Assembly: GCF_009914755.1 (NCBI RefSeq)
Contig: NC_060935.1
DNA: 64,000 nt
Reading direction: 5' to 3' (one strand)
Origin: the human T2T-CHM13v2.0 reference genome, Homo sapiens
Shown here: positions 13,168 to 26,157 of the stretch, piece by piece
Position numbering within the stretch: position 1 is the first letter of the stretch
Layout: each line of letters opens with the position of its first letter
Made by a program: the position numbers and the translations under genes
The notes under the pieces: model-generated
Seen by the model: the letters and a program-made list of their open reading frames with translations, nothing else
Told to the model about the DNA's origin: nothing
The model's database searches: none

Positions 13168-16100
13168 ACAAAGGCCTACCGTTAAGTGGACTTGATCATA
13201 TTTTCTCAGTGTTTGCTCTCTCTTTGGTCAGGCGTGAGAGCATGAACTTCTCTGTTACTTCTATCAAAATGTTTTGGTCCCTCTAGTCTCAGACCAGGTG
13301 ACATTCAGCTGAGTTTTGCAGTGTGCATTTTCTTAGCAAGGTAAAGAATTGAACCAGATTGAAGGAACAAATCACACAGCAGGAAGGACTCTGAGAGACC
13401 AAAGATGAGTCACTCCAGGTCACTGCCTGGAAAGAAAACAGGAATGATAGAGGCGCACCACAGCCTGGATAGCAGGAGAGGGCCAGATCTCTGCCACCCC
13501 CAGGGTGTGGGTTTCACTGTGGAGGGGATGGGGAATTATAGGAAGGGTTGAACAGGGAAATTAAATTAGTTGTATTTCAGAAAGATCTCTGGCATCAGAA
13601 TGAAGGGTGGATTGGAGGGGAGTTTTGCAGCAGGGAGACTGAGAGAGAATGAAAACAAGGCTGAGATTGTATTATCCTGTGTTCCTGACCAGGAGACCCC
13701 CCTCTCTCCTTGAGGGGCTGGACAAACAGGGCTTTAGAGCAGCCGATCCATGGCCAGAGGGCACATATACAGGAAGAGTGGAAGGGGTCCCGTGGCCACA
13801 TGGTTCCAGTTTTCCTGGATGATCCTATTCCTAAGAGACGCGTTTATTCTCCATGTGTGGTTGCTAAGGGAGTAAGTCAATGGAATTTAAAGTTGACACC
13901 TTTGTAAAAGTTTCAAGTTTATATATTTACAAATAAGGGAAAAAATGTGCCAGACTTTGTTTCTGTTTGGAATTCTGGGAATATCGCCTTTGGATTATGG
14001 ACCTGAAATCATGTCACCAACAGGAGATGCAGTTTGTGTGAACAAAGGGTAAAGCTTGAAATAAGATAGGATAAGACAGGATAAAGAACCAGGAGAGCTT
14101 TTTAAATAGGAGAAGCTATTTGAAAGCAGAAAGGAGAACAGGTTCAGAGGATACCAAAACCGGAGTTATCACAGAATGTTTGTCTGACCACTCATTCCTG
14201 CTGCCTGCCTTGGAATCTCTGGAGGAACTTCCCAGAAAAAAAAGAAGAGTGGAGACCACTCCACAGACCCACCGAACCTGAAGAGCCTAGGTGCAGGCGT
14301 GGGTGTGGGGGTAGAACTGGGAATCACAGGCTGGAGCCCAGCGAGCTAAGGCCCGAGGCAGCTGAAGGTCAAATTGGGAACATTTCTTACATCAAATCCT
14401 AAATGAGGTTCATGCTGATTAGTAGGAACTGTGTCAAATAGGTGAGCAGGCCTGTTCTGGGTTTCTAATTACGGTGTGGCTTTCATCTCCCTGAGCTTGT
14501 TGCTGCACTGTTGTTCAAATGAAAAATGGGAAACAGACATGAAAAAGAGCTGCTCCCCTAAGTGGGTCAGTGCAGGCTTCTTCCACCTTCTCCCACCTTG
14601 TTTTTCTAAAGAGTTACCTGGCTTTGTTCCCTCACTGATACTCACTGAGGCATGGCAGCCATTCCTTTGCCCTCTTTGGACAGGGCAGCATGCTGCCCAT
14701 TTGGGACTGGCAGTAGAATAGTCAAGAAATTCTTTTTACCTTTTTCTGGCATTCATATGGCAAATGAATTTTTCGTGCAAAAAAGCTTCCTGTGATTGAG
14801 TCGGTCTGGTAGCACAGGTGACAGCTAATGCACCAGGAAGTGCCCTCAAGGGTCAGCCTTGGCCACAGCACTGCATGAAGCTCACGGTCTGGTGGGGAAG
14901 GGGAGCTGAAGCAGGCCCTTCACCCCTCTCCTACCAACACATGAAATGCCTGCCTCATCTTTCAGCCCAGGACCTGGTTGAAGAAAGATGCATATATAGC
15001 AATCATCTTTTCTTCCTTCCTTCACCCATCAAATATTCCATGAACATCTACTATGAGCCAGGCATCACGCTACACTCACGGTAGAGCACGAATGCCCTAG
15101 TTACCCCCAAAGAAATAATATGTGGGCGGGTGACTGGAGAAGTCAGTAACTCCTTTTAACATAGGGAGAGAGCTGGGCTGAATACCAGGGGCTATGCCAG
15201 CAGCCAGGGGAGGCCCCTGAAGAAGCCCAGGGACTTTGGACATGAAGTTTTGCCCAGCTGAGAGCTGAGGAGGATTAGCTGGGTAGCATCAGGAAGGTGA
15301 AACCTTCTGGATAAAAAATGACAAGTGCAGGATGGGGCACCGCTGAGGGCAGGGTCCCTGTAGAGAAGGAAAAAGCATCCCCCGCAGGCAGTGAGAGAAG
15401 GAGGAGGGTGAGAGGAGAGACCCGAGAGGGGAGCCACGGCAGATGGCCCAGGGCCTGGAAAGCCCTGCCGGTGACTTCGGGATATTTCTTAAGGGCAGAA
15501 GGAGCCAAGTTAGGGGAGAGCAGACCCAATTCAGGAGAATTCCTCACTTGGTTTCAGTTTTGACAAGAGGGTATCTGGGAGCAATGCAGAGACCAAAGGA
15601 CCTCCATGGTTCACAGCTTTGTGGGATCCCCCCTTCCTTCTTGCCTGGCCAGGGCTCCTCAGCGGAGGTGAGGAGGAGTTGAGCTCCTGGTTTCATACTA
15701 TTTGTGCTCCTCCAGTGAGGCTTCATTTGTCCATGGATTCTCCCCCACTGGAGTGAGTGCAGCACCCTGTTTAGAAGATCGGCAGAATCAGCAGATGGAC
15801 ACCCTTCTTCCTTTCCATAGACAGTTCTCTTCTTTGCTATTTTCCACCTAGCTCTTGGAGGCTGTTTCTCATTTGGTCTTTCGAGCAGCTTTTTTTTTTT
15901 TTTTTTTTTTTTTTCCCCACAAAATGTTCTTTTTGTCATCTTCTGCCTGTCACCGTTTTTCATCCTTTTTTTCCTGTTCTTTTTCATGGTGTCCTATTTC
16001 ACTCTCTTAGGCACGCTCTATCTGATACTCCCGTTCTCTCACGCATCGCCAACCCCGTTTTTCATGTTGACCTTCGATTCCGGGCACTGTGCACCCGGGC

Positions 16101-16599
16101 TCATGCGTCCTCCAATTTCACATTTCCCACAGTCTTCCTCCCCCCAACTTTCTTTGCTTCCTCTCCTCTTCCCCTGGCGCCCCCTTGCCAGTTGCCATCC
16201 CTCTGTTTCACCCAGTGTCCGCTTTCTTCCCCGTGCGCAGCCCTGTGCACCCAGACTGCGATTCCCTCCTCCCGCAGCTGCGCCATCCCCGGACCCTTCC
16301 TGCTGGGCTGCTTCTCCACGGAAGGTCCCCATGGGTTTCGCCTCCAACACTCAGAGCCCACATGGCCGTTGTAGAGAGGATAAGATAATCAGATGCACCT
16401 TTTTAATTATTTATTTTTCATTTCACTTAATAAGCACATCTTGAAATTGAGCTGCAGTTTCACTCGTAATAGATCATTTCCCTTAGGGAACCCACATCCA
16501 ACCCCGGTTGAAATTCTCTCCGTGCGCAGTGCAGGGAAGGAAGACACTAGGTTTCAGGTGTCTTTCTTGAGATCCAAACATGTTACGTCCTAATGTAAA

Positions 16600-17376
16600 G
16601 TGCGTGGGTCTGGGAGTGTGTGTTTGTGAGAGGAGTGTGTAAGTGTGCATACTTTGTCCCTTCTGTAATGTGCTTGGGTATAGTAGGGTATTTGTGTTTT
16701 GGGGGGAGTGTGTATGTGGGGGAAGATGTGTATGTGTTTGTGTGTTTATGGGGAGTGTGTATGTGAGTGTGTTTATGTTTGTGTAGGGAGTGTGTATGTA
16801 AGTGCTTGTGTATGTGTGAAGAGCGTGTATGTGGGTGGAGTGTTGATGTGATTGTGTGTGTGTTTGTGGGGCATGTGGGGGGGACTGCGTGAGTGTGTGT
16901 ATGTGTTTGTGGGTCATGTGTGTATTTGTGGGACATGTGTTAATGTATGTTTTTGTGTAGAGCATGTGTGTGAGTGCTTGTGTATGTTTGTGTGGGAAGT
17001 GTGGATGGGGGGAGTGTGGATGTGTGAGTGTGTGTGTTTGTGGGGGGAGTGTGGATGTGAGTGCTTCTGTGCGTGAGGAGTGTGGATGTGATCGTGTGTG
17101 TGTGTGTGTTTGTGGGGCATGTGTGGGGGACATGTGTGAGTGTGTGTATGTGTGTGGGGCATGTGTGTGTTTGTGGGGCTTGTGTGAGTGTGTGTGTGTT
17201 TGTGTAGGGAATGTGTATGTGATCTTGTGTGTGTGTGTTTGTGGAGCATGTGTGAGTGTGTGTATGTGTTTGTGTGGGACATGTGTGTGTTTGTGGGACC
17301 TGTGTGTGTGTGTGTGTTTGTATAGGGAGTGTGTATGTGATCTTGTGTGTGTGTTTGTGGAGCATGTGTGAGTGCT
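16600..17376. repeat. Degenerate TG-rich minisatellite / low-complexity array
   Basis: About 780 bp built from gtgtgtgtttgtggg, gcatgtgtgagtg and gggagtgtgtatgtga modules. It is the source of the THTH- and VCVC-rich pseudo-ORFs. Confidence 0.95.
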
Positions 17377-17929
17377 TGGTGGGGGAGGAGGTTTCTATCT
17401 GTCTATGAGTGATAGGCGTGATGGACATGTAACACTTAGCCCAAGTGAATGTGAAGACCACAGAGGGAAAAGGGAAGAGCAGCTACTCAAAGGGGCTGAT
17501 GATTTACCTAACTCTCCCCTGGTCCACCCCAAGAGAAGGATCGGTTGTGAAAGTTCCAATTACTAGAAGTGTGATGGCCACTCCACCAGCCACCTGGAGC
17601 CCAGTGGAAGGAGCGTCTGCAGAGAGGCCCTGCCTGCCATTTGTTCTGGCCCAGCCACGGGCAAGCATCTCAGGAAAAAGGGATTTCCTGGAACAGTGCA
17701 GCAGCAACAGGACTGAATTGTGGGTTGAGTCCCGAGGATCTCCTCTGGCTCCTCTAGGCCCAGAGGCCTCTTCTGCTCCAGGCTGGGGTCCTTTCCTAGG
17801 GCACAATGACTCGGGTGCCCCTAGCTAGTCTAGTCATGGAAGATTGTAAATATAGCTTCTCATGTCGTCGAACTTTTAGAGGCAACTGTAGGAAAACAGT
17901 AGCAGGCAGGTTTCATCATGCAATGATAA

Positions 17930-18170
17930 TGCTATTTTTATGTATAGCTTATTGAAACCTGATTATGTGGCAGCCAAGAACTAGATGAAGCTCATTATGC
18001 ACACTGTGTCATTTAATGTTCAAACAGCCCTGTGCGATAGATGCTGTCATTTCCCTTCCTTTAGAAATGAGGAGACCAACTAACCCAAGGAAGGTTGCAC
18101 ATTGGTAAGTGGCAGAGCCAGAGTTTGAATTCAGAAAGTCTGACTCTTCACAGCCTCCCTCAAACACTAA
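17930..18170 (-). mobile_element. MIR SINE
   Basis: tcatttaatgttcaaacagccctgtg...aaatgaggagacc...ggtaagtggcagagccagagtttgaattcag. Confidence 0.78.
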
Positions 18171-18290
18171 GCTTCCCCTTATGAGCAAAGGATCAGGTTA
18201 ACCTGACTCAAAGGACTGTATCCCAATTGCCAGCACAGGCATGGGCTCAAGTTGTTGTAGAGACAGAAGCCTCCTTGGAGGCCACCTAGC

Positions 18291-18471
18291 CAGTGATTCT
18301 CAGCTCTGCTGCGCATTGAGATACTTGGGGTATTGTTAGGCAATACCAACGTTGAGGTCCTCCTCAGAAATTCTGACTCAGTTTACTGGGGGTAAGCCCA
18401 TGGTGTCTTTGTTTTTTTTTTTATTTTTACTCCTGGATGTTTCTGTTGTTTACCCATGTTGAGAACCACTG
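18291..18471. mobile_element. MER5-family hAT-Charlie MITE
   Basis: Terminal inverted repeats cagtgattctca ... ttgagaaccactg, with internal cagaaattctgactcagt. Confidence 0.8.
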
Positions 18472-18654
18472 TCCTAATTTACAGATGGGAAAACATGAAA
18501 CTGAAGAGGTTAGCTGGCTTATCCAAGGTCATGCCGCTGGTTAAGCACAGTAGCAAGGACTAACCCAGATCTCCCATCTCTCTTCCAGGGCGCTTTCTCT
18601 TGCCCCTTGATGAAAGACAAATCTTTCCTTATGTGTGTGAGGGAACAAAATACA

Positions 18655-18880
18655 ATATGGTGGGTAAGAGTTTGGACTGAGACACCAAATGGGTTGGAAA
18701 AATCGCTGTGTAATCTTGGGTTTTATGTGTTCTCTGGCTTTGTTTGTTGTTGTTGTTGTTGTTGTTTTCCATCTGTAAAATGAGGAAATAATAAATCCTG
18801 TCTGGCGGGATTCTTGTTAGGTGATAACATGAGATGATACCATTAAAAAGTGCCATAATCTAGCTCAGCATATGGTCATT
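18655..18880 (+). mobile_element. MIR SINE with an internal (TTG)n run
   Basis: gctgtgtaatcttggg...ccatctgtaaaatgaggaaataataa...atgagatgatacc. Confidence 0.65.
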
Positions 18881-20009
18881 GTTTTTGCTGTGTGGAAAGG
18901 ACCATCCATTAGACATCAGCCTCACTGGGCATTCTCATGAGCTCAGATGGCAATAGTCAGTAACATCAACTTTGCGTTTTCAAAAGTAGCACACAATTAA
19001 AGAATACATTTCTTTATTTGACTATGAACTCATTAAGGATGATGTGTGCTATGTAAATGCACTCTGCACAAGTTGACGTCACCTGTGGAACCTCGGTGAC
19101 GATGGCTGATGGAATGTCTGGCCATTGGTTTGGCTGAGGTAGAACCAGCATCTAAATCTACTGTTGCCATGTTGTCCTTCTAACTTGTTGTCACAAATGG
19201 GGACACTTGCTGTTCTTCCACAAGTTCTTCTCAATCTCATCACTAAGACAGATGTGAAGACATTCATAATGCTGATCACGGGTACATCTCTGACCCTGTG
19301 AACTCCCGAGGCCTGTTTTCCATGGGATGATTTACATCAGGAGACACGATTGTCTCCATCACTGGTTTCAATACCATCCAACAAAGATGCCATGGAGATT
19401 GGAGCTTACTCCCTAAGGACATTGTCTCTCAGCTCATGCAAACGCTACTCTTCCTGAGTTTCCCCTTGCCTCCCTGGACTCTGTCTAGACGGCTGTTTTA
19501 TTCTCAGCTCCCCCTCCCCTGTTGGCCTACACATAGTCTTCTGTTCTTCTCACTTAGGCTACATGCTGTCCAGTGACCCACCCAGGCCTGGGGCTTTACC
19601 TGCAGTGCTTTCACCCATGATAGTGATATCTTTATATCCAACACCGGCAAAGCTATGTTTGTGGGAACCTAATGGAATCTCCTCTCAAAAGTGGCACAAT
19701 GTATTCAAAATTAAACAAATCATCTTGCCCCACCTCCCTTACCACCCCAAATTCCTCTTGCTTCTGTATCAGCAGTCTTGGAGTGGTAAAACCCAATTCT
19801 CAAGATAGATAGAGGACTAGAGATCGTCCTTGATTTATTTCTTTCTGTAGCACTCCTCATTCAGTCATCTGTTCCTATAGATGCCCGTCACTCACGATTC
19901 CCCATCTTTGCTGTCATGGCCTTGCTTCAGCCATTTATCCCATTTACCTAACTTATTGCCTTCCTACAGCCTGTGTCCTCCACTGTGCATCCTGTGTCAC
20001 ATGGTCACA

Positions 20010-20215
20010 GTAAAATAAGAGCAAACATTTATTGGGTCCTTTCCATGTGACAGGTACTAGGCTTAACTTACAGAATCTCATTTAAATCTCCCAACAATCT
20101 TAGGTAGTAGATATGAGTGTGATATGAACAATTTTAGGTGAGGAAACTGAGGCTCAGGGGGGGTTTAGTCTTGCTGAAGATCATCCAAATAAAAGATGGG
20201 GCTTGAACCCTTATC
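20010..20215 (-). mobile_element. MIR SINE
   Basis: aacatttattgggtcc...tctcatttaaatctcccaacaatc...gtgaggaaactgaggctcag. Confidence 0.8.
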
Positions 20216-21026
20216 TACTATTGGAAGAAGCCCGACTGTGGGGCTGTTCCATCCCTAAGAGGCTGAGCTCTCTCTGCTTTCTCAAAAGCATCCCTCTGCT
20301 AAGTGCTGCTTCTTGCAGAGGTCTTCTTCTTTTATTTCTTTTTGGGCTCTCCTGTTTCCTTGGAAATGTTGATTTCATTGCATTTTCCTAATATTTCATG
20401 CTTTAATTTAATTTATTTGATACTACTGTACAGTGCCTTGAGCACCTCAGAGGAAGTGAGAGTTTTATAAATAAAATAATTATTACAGCTTGCTCTGATG
20501 GCAGCCCCTGAGCTATTTAGTAGATATATCAATTACTCTCAGTGTTGAAAATTTTCACCTAAAGCTCTTTATGGCCCAAGTTTTCCTTGGCTTTTAATGC
20601 TCTATCCTGCTTGTTGTAGTTTTGACACAATCATGTAGCACTTTTCTTTACTATCCCCATCAGAAGTGAACAGACAGCAGCTCAGCAAAAGTGCCATATA
20701 ATGTATTCTAGAGAACATGACCTAGTTTTCTTAACCTTTTTGAATCACTTAGTTCCAGGTGTCATTTACTAGACCTATAATGTCAGTTTTGCAATGAGTC
20801 AACCCGCCTTGCCCACCTCATGGTCTCTATTAGTGAGACCTCATTATCTATTAGTCTGTTGCAGAAACCTCACCCACGATAATCTAGAGATGGGTATGAA
20901 TTAACCACAACACTGTTTGGCACCCAGGATTTCAGGATTCTAAACTACAAGGCTTATGCAGACAAAATGTTTGTCAAAATCTTGAAAGGAAGTGAAGCCC
21001 CAACACATGGAGGAGGGTGAGTGGAT

Positions 21027-21230
21027 TAGAGAGTGCAGTGTAGAGAACTCTCTAATGAAATTCAGTTTTCCTGCAGCTCAGAATGCTATGCAATCCACAT
21101 AGTAATTAGAGAGAACTGAGGTAATTTTGCATTCCTGGACCCAGTATTCTCAAGATGCATTAATCAGTCAGTGGCAATTTGCATTCCTACTAAGTGCAAG
21201 CCACTGTTCAATATGCTGCTTTTGCTAAAT
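21027..21230 (+). repeat. Copy 1 of a ~204-bp local direct duplication
   Basis: Aligns end to end with 22486-22688: about 20 substitutions and 3 indels, roughly 89% identity by hand. Confidence 0.93.
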
Positions 21231-21741
21231 TAGCACATTCCTCCACAGTTCCTCCTTTCACGATGAGTGAGTCTGGCACATGTCATAAGATTCCACCTCT
21301 CAGGAATACACCTGAATGTGGCACTGACCATCATTCCTAGCATTATGGCTACTTTCTGGATCCTGCCTGCCTCACAGTCTCATAGCACTTCACTAGCAAG
21401 AGATGTGAGAGGACCGTTGTCATCTGTTTAGTGTTTTAGAGGCATGTTGAAGAATTCAGAGGATAAACCAATGGTCAAGCTAAGATTTCTCCCTGGACAT
21501 CTCCCACTCATGCAGTTAGACCTGACTTTCCTCCTCTCACTTCCATCATGGCATATTTTTTTATTCTACTTAAAAAAGATACACTTTATTCTATCCTATT
21601 TTACTCTGTTCTATCTTATTCATTCATTCAATAAAAATGAGCTTAGCGCTTGCTGTATGCCAGTTATATGACTGGCATGTACAATGATGAGCAAAATTGA
21701 CATTGTTCTTTATTTTTTGGAGTTTGAGTTCTTCTCTTCCT

Positions 21742-21882
21742 TTTGTTTTTAAACATTTTTTATTTGTTTTGTAGAGATGGGATCTTGTTAGGTTGCCCAG
21801 GCTGGTCTTCAACTCCTCAAGTGATTCTCCTGTCTCAGCTTCCTGAGGTGCTGGGATTACAGGTGTGAGCCACCATGCCAAG
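21742..21882 (-). mobile_element. FLAM / Alu monomer
   Basis: gtagagatgggatcttg...gttgcccaggctggtc...gctgggattacaggtgtgagccaccatgcc. TSD tcttctcttcct at 21730-21741 and 21883-21894. Confidence 0.88.
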
Positions 21883-22485
21883 TCTTCTCTTCCTCTCATC
21901 TTGACTTGCCTCCCTCTCAAAATTCTACTCTTTGTAATCTGTAGTTGTATTAAGGATTTCTAAAGAAGTTTCCTCATTAACCAGAAACAATACACTGTGC
22001 TGTCTCCATTTTGTGTTTTTTAGCAAACAAATGGGAGTAGCCAATCTGTCCATTATAAATGAGTTCATTCCCATTCAAGCAATGGCTGTCATGTATCTTG
22101 CCTGAGGCTTCTTATGTTATGAGCAACATATTGGCTTCAGTTGTCTGTACTTTTTCCTAGCTGCACAGAGATCCTTAGATGAAGGGAAGGCACAATAACT
22201 CAAAATAATGTATTGTATTATACATAGTAGTCATTCATAGTTCCAATGACAGGAAACACAATGAGCTTGTTCAAGGTGGATATGTGTAACCCTCTCACCA
22301 GGCCAGGTAGAGGTTGTTAGATGTCTAACAACTATTCTTCCCCCTAGCCAAATACGAATCTGAAACAAACTATGACCCAGATATCCAGACCAGAAAGAAA
22401 CAGATAGGATGAAGCCTGTTTTGCCCACAACGGGAAGAATCACTTCCGATGAAAAACGACTAACTGGAAATACTTCAAATTGCTG

Positions 22486-22688
22486 TAGAGAGTGCAGTGT
22501 GGAGAACTATCTAATGAAATTCCGTTTTCCTGCAGCTCAAAAATGTTTTGCGATCCACATAGGAATCAGAGGACCCAGGTAATTTTGCATTCCTGGACCC
22601 AGTATTCACAAGATACATTAATCAGTTGGTGGCAATTGGCATTCCTACTAAGTGCAAGCCACTGTTCAAGATACTGCTTGTACTAAAT
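22486..22688 (+). repeat. Copy 2 of the ~204-bp local direct duplication
   Basis: Shares blocks such as aggtaattttgcattcctggacccagtattc and gcattcctactaagtgcaagccactgttcaa with copy 1. Confidence 0.93.
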
Positions 22689-23817
22689 ATGTCTATTGCA
22701 CTGCACTTCATCTGATGATGGGTGAGGCCCAAGCAACTCATCAGATACTACCTCTCAGAAATACATCTAAAGAGGGCAAATCCTAGGCCCATTCTTTTCC
22801 TCTCATTTCTCCAAATAGCTTGTGAGCCCAGTTGACCTTGCCTGGATCAGGACAATCCTGGGTTGCTGGTTAAAGGTTGACTTGGTCCATTTGCCTCTAC
22901 TCTATGAGGTATCTCATATCACTTTCATTGTAATTCTGTGGTAGCCCTTTAATAAAAATGGCCAGCAAGCCCACAAGATAACAGAATAGGAATCAATGAG
23001 ACCTGCAATTGTCTGCATGCCAGATTCTCCTGTCAGCCTGGCCTCCAATCCATCCTGCCAACTCAACCTCCTCTGGGACTGAGACGTTTGAAAACAGTGC
23101 AGCAGCCTCATCTCCTGGGCAGTGTTTTTCTCCATCATTTGCTTTATTAAATATTGATTTTCTGTTGCATTATTAAACCTTAAGTCCAGAGCATAAATTC
23201 TGGGCTGATACTTTAATCTGACTCTTCTCATTTTTTTGGCTTTTAGAACTGATTTTCAGGCCAGCTCTCCTGGGGAATCTTTAAGTCAACTTAGGGCCAG
23301 AGACAAACCTGCCTGTAGGAAAGGGAGGAGCCCGGAGTTGAGAAGGAGCTTGCCTTGCCAGTGCACTATAAATAAGGCTGTGGCTCTGTCAAGCAGATCT
23401 TCACTTTACACATGTCTTAGACACAGAGGCTTATGCTCCCTGGGATTCAGGTTGTAGTGCAAGGAAGGACTTTTAGATTCCCACCACCAAAACTATCGAG
23501 TAGGCAAATGGTATGCAGAACTGATTTTAGAGCTCTCTAGATATTATCAAACTCATTATCCATCCACCCCCTCCTTCTTTTGGTTTCTAATATTCCTAGG
23601 ATTTGAGTCAAAGGTTATAATCACACAGGCATTTGGATTTCCACTCACTTTGGGCCTCTGGTTCATTCTTGTTTTCTCTTACTGTCTCTTCTCTCTAAGG
23701 GCCAATGGTTGAGTAATCAGCTGTAGCCATCCATTATAGGATGGAGCCATCACACACTTTATGAAAGTCTTTCTGAGAGAGGCAGGCATTCTCAACCAGT
23801 CATATTAGCCAGAGTGA

Positions 23818-24151
<334 letters not shown>

Positions 24152-25790
24152 AATTTTTTACTTCTTGAATACTTCTTAGACTGGCAGTATCATTGACTGA
24201 GGCTAGGGTTGGTGATTTTAAAGATAAGAAGCAGAATACTGACAGACAAGCATGAGAAAAGAAATGCAAGTCAACATGTATGGAGCTTCTCTGGCAGGAC
24301 TGGGGTATGTTGCTGTCTACATGGATGTTTGCAGAGAGCTGTGCCTATCTCCCTGTCTGACTTCTGTTCATCCCATCTTTCTATTCAGTTCACCCCATCT
24401 TTCTCCTCAGTTATCCCACCTTTGTCTTTTAGGTCCTGCATCTCCAGAAATCTAGTGTTAGGAAGTTATTCCAGGACCTAGCAGAGCCTCTGTTTAGGAA
24501 AAGAGTGAATTTGATTCGCTCTTCACTCTGGGATGGAGAGGGAACACAGGTAGCTCATGGGGCTACAGAAACCAGCAACTACAAACCTTCAGATGCTGTG
24601 AGCCAAGTGCTGACTGAGCCGGGATAGCCACATCAGGTGCTGTTGAAAATGATTCTTGGGGAATATTTGATAGAAACAATGTGAAGATCAGGGTGGAAGA
24701 AACTGTGTCCTTCATTTTCACCAATACTCTTCATGTCACCAATAACCATAGGCCTCTAAAGAATAATACATGTTCTCTTTAAGGTCATGGGGATTCCAGA
24801 TCATAGATCTTCCTCCAATTCCATTTCCAAAGCCTGAATTCCCTCTACAATAGGTATACAGCTAGGGAGTATCTACCATTTATTTGAACACTGTCAGTGA
24901 TGAGCAACTAACTACCTATTCATCTAGGTCTTACTTCCTTTAGAAAAGCTCTATTAGATCCACATATACACCTCTCTCCCTCTAATATCTACCTCTTGGT
25001 TACTTCTTTATAACCACATAGGATAAGCTGAATCTTTTGTAATGATAAAAAAAGTCCTTGGCATTTAATTAAGAGCTATGAATTTTGAATCTTACTGTCT
25101 ATGTAAATGTCTACAAGTTATAGGTCAAAATGGCTGAATATTGGCAGTTGCATATGTTTCAATCTAATATTTAATTTCTCAGAGCTCCAGCTTTCTCATT
25201 TATAAAGAACTTGAATATAACCACTCATCAGTTTATTGTGAGGGGGAATTGAAATTAGGTGGGATACCTAGCATTGGAAAGCATTCAATTTAAAAAAAAT
25301 AAATAAATTTAACAACTATTTACTAAACGCTTATTCTGTGTCAGGCACCGTGGCAAGTGTTGGGAATAGGAAAATGAGTGATAAATGGTCCTTGACCTCA
25401 TGATGGGGATTGCGGTATTTGAGGATGCCTATTGTAGTCCTTAAGTCTTCCCTTCTTCTGCTAACTAAATAGAGCAAGTATCACCTGCATTTGTCTTTGT
25501 ACTCAGCTCATTAAATTGTAGTTATCTCTTCACCCAAAAGTTATACATTTTGGGGTGCAAGAATCGTTCACTAAATGTCACATGTTTTTCTCCATAAATT
25601 CTGGTTGTTGGACCTGTTTGTAGTTCTTCATCTTTCCTTGTCTGAAAGATTCTGGTGTCTTCACTTATCTCTTCAGATGTTAGCTGACTTTTCCCCAGGG
25701 CAGCACAAGCTCACCGAGGTCAAACAAGCATGAGCATGCTGACTTCCATTCAGTCACCTCTGCACGTCCTGCCGCTGATCCTTTATCTCC

Positions 25791-26157
25791 TGTCTTAATC
25801 TGCCCAAGCTGCTATGACAAAGTACCATAGACTGGGTTGCTTATTAAGAACAGAAATTTATTTCTTACAATTCAGGAAGCTAACAAGTCCGAGATCAAGG
25901 TTCTGGCAGATTTGGTGTCTGGCGTGGGCTCACTTCCTGGCTCATTGATGACGACACCTTTTTGTTGTGTTCTCACATGGTGAGAGTGGTGAGGGGTCTC
26001 TTTCTAGCCTTTTTTATAACGACACTAATCCGATTCATCAAAGCTTTGCCCTCATAACTTAATCACCTCGCAAGGCTCCACCCTCAAAAACCATCATCTT
26101 AGAGTTTAGGATGTCGATATATGACTTTTGGAGAGACATTAACATTCATTCCATTGC
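25791..26157 (-). mobile_element. MLT1A-like MaLR solo LTR
   Basis: tgtcttaatctg...gctgctatgacaaagtaccatagactgggt...aagtccgagatcaagg...taatcacctc...aacattcattccattgc. Confidence 0.88.

Noticed and set aside
15544-16444. 147-152 aa ORFs on both strands
   Set aside because: Driven by poly-T/poly-A and pyrimidine-rich composition, with no domain similarity or exon structure.
16483-17461. Several 70-216 aa His/Thr-rich or Cys/Val-rich ORFs
   Set aside because: Artefacts of the TG/CA array, which has few stop codons.
21027-22688. Direct repeats as the paired LTRs of a small retroelement
   Set aside because: No TG...CA termini, TSD, primer-binding site or polypurine tract, and the interior looks like ordinary intron containing a FLAM.
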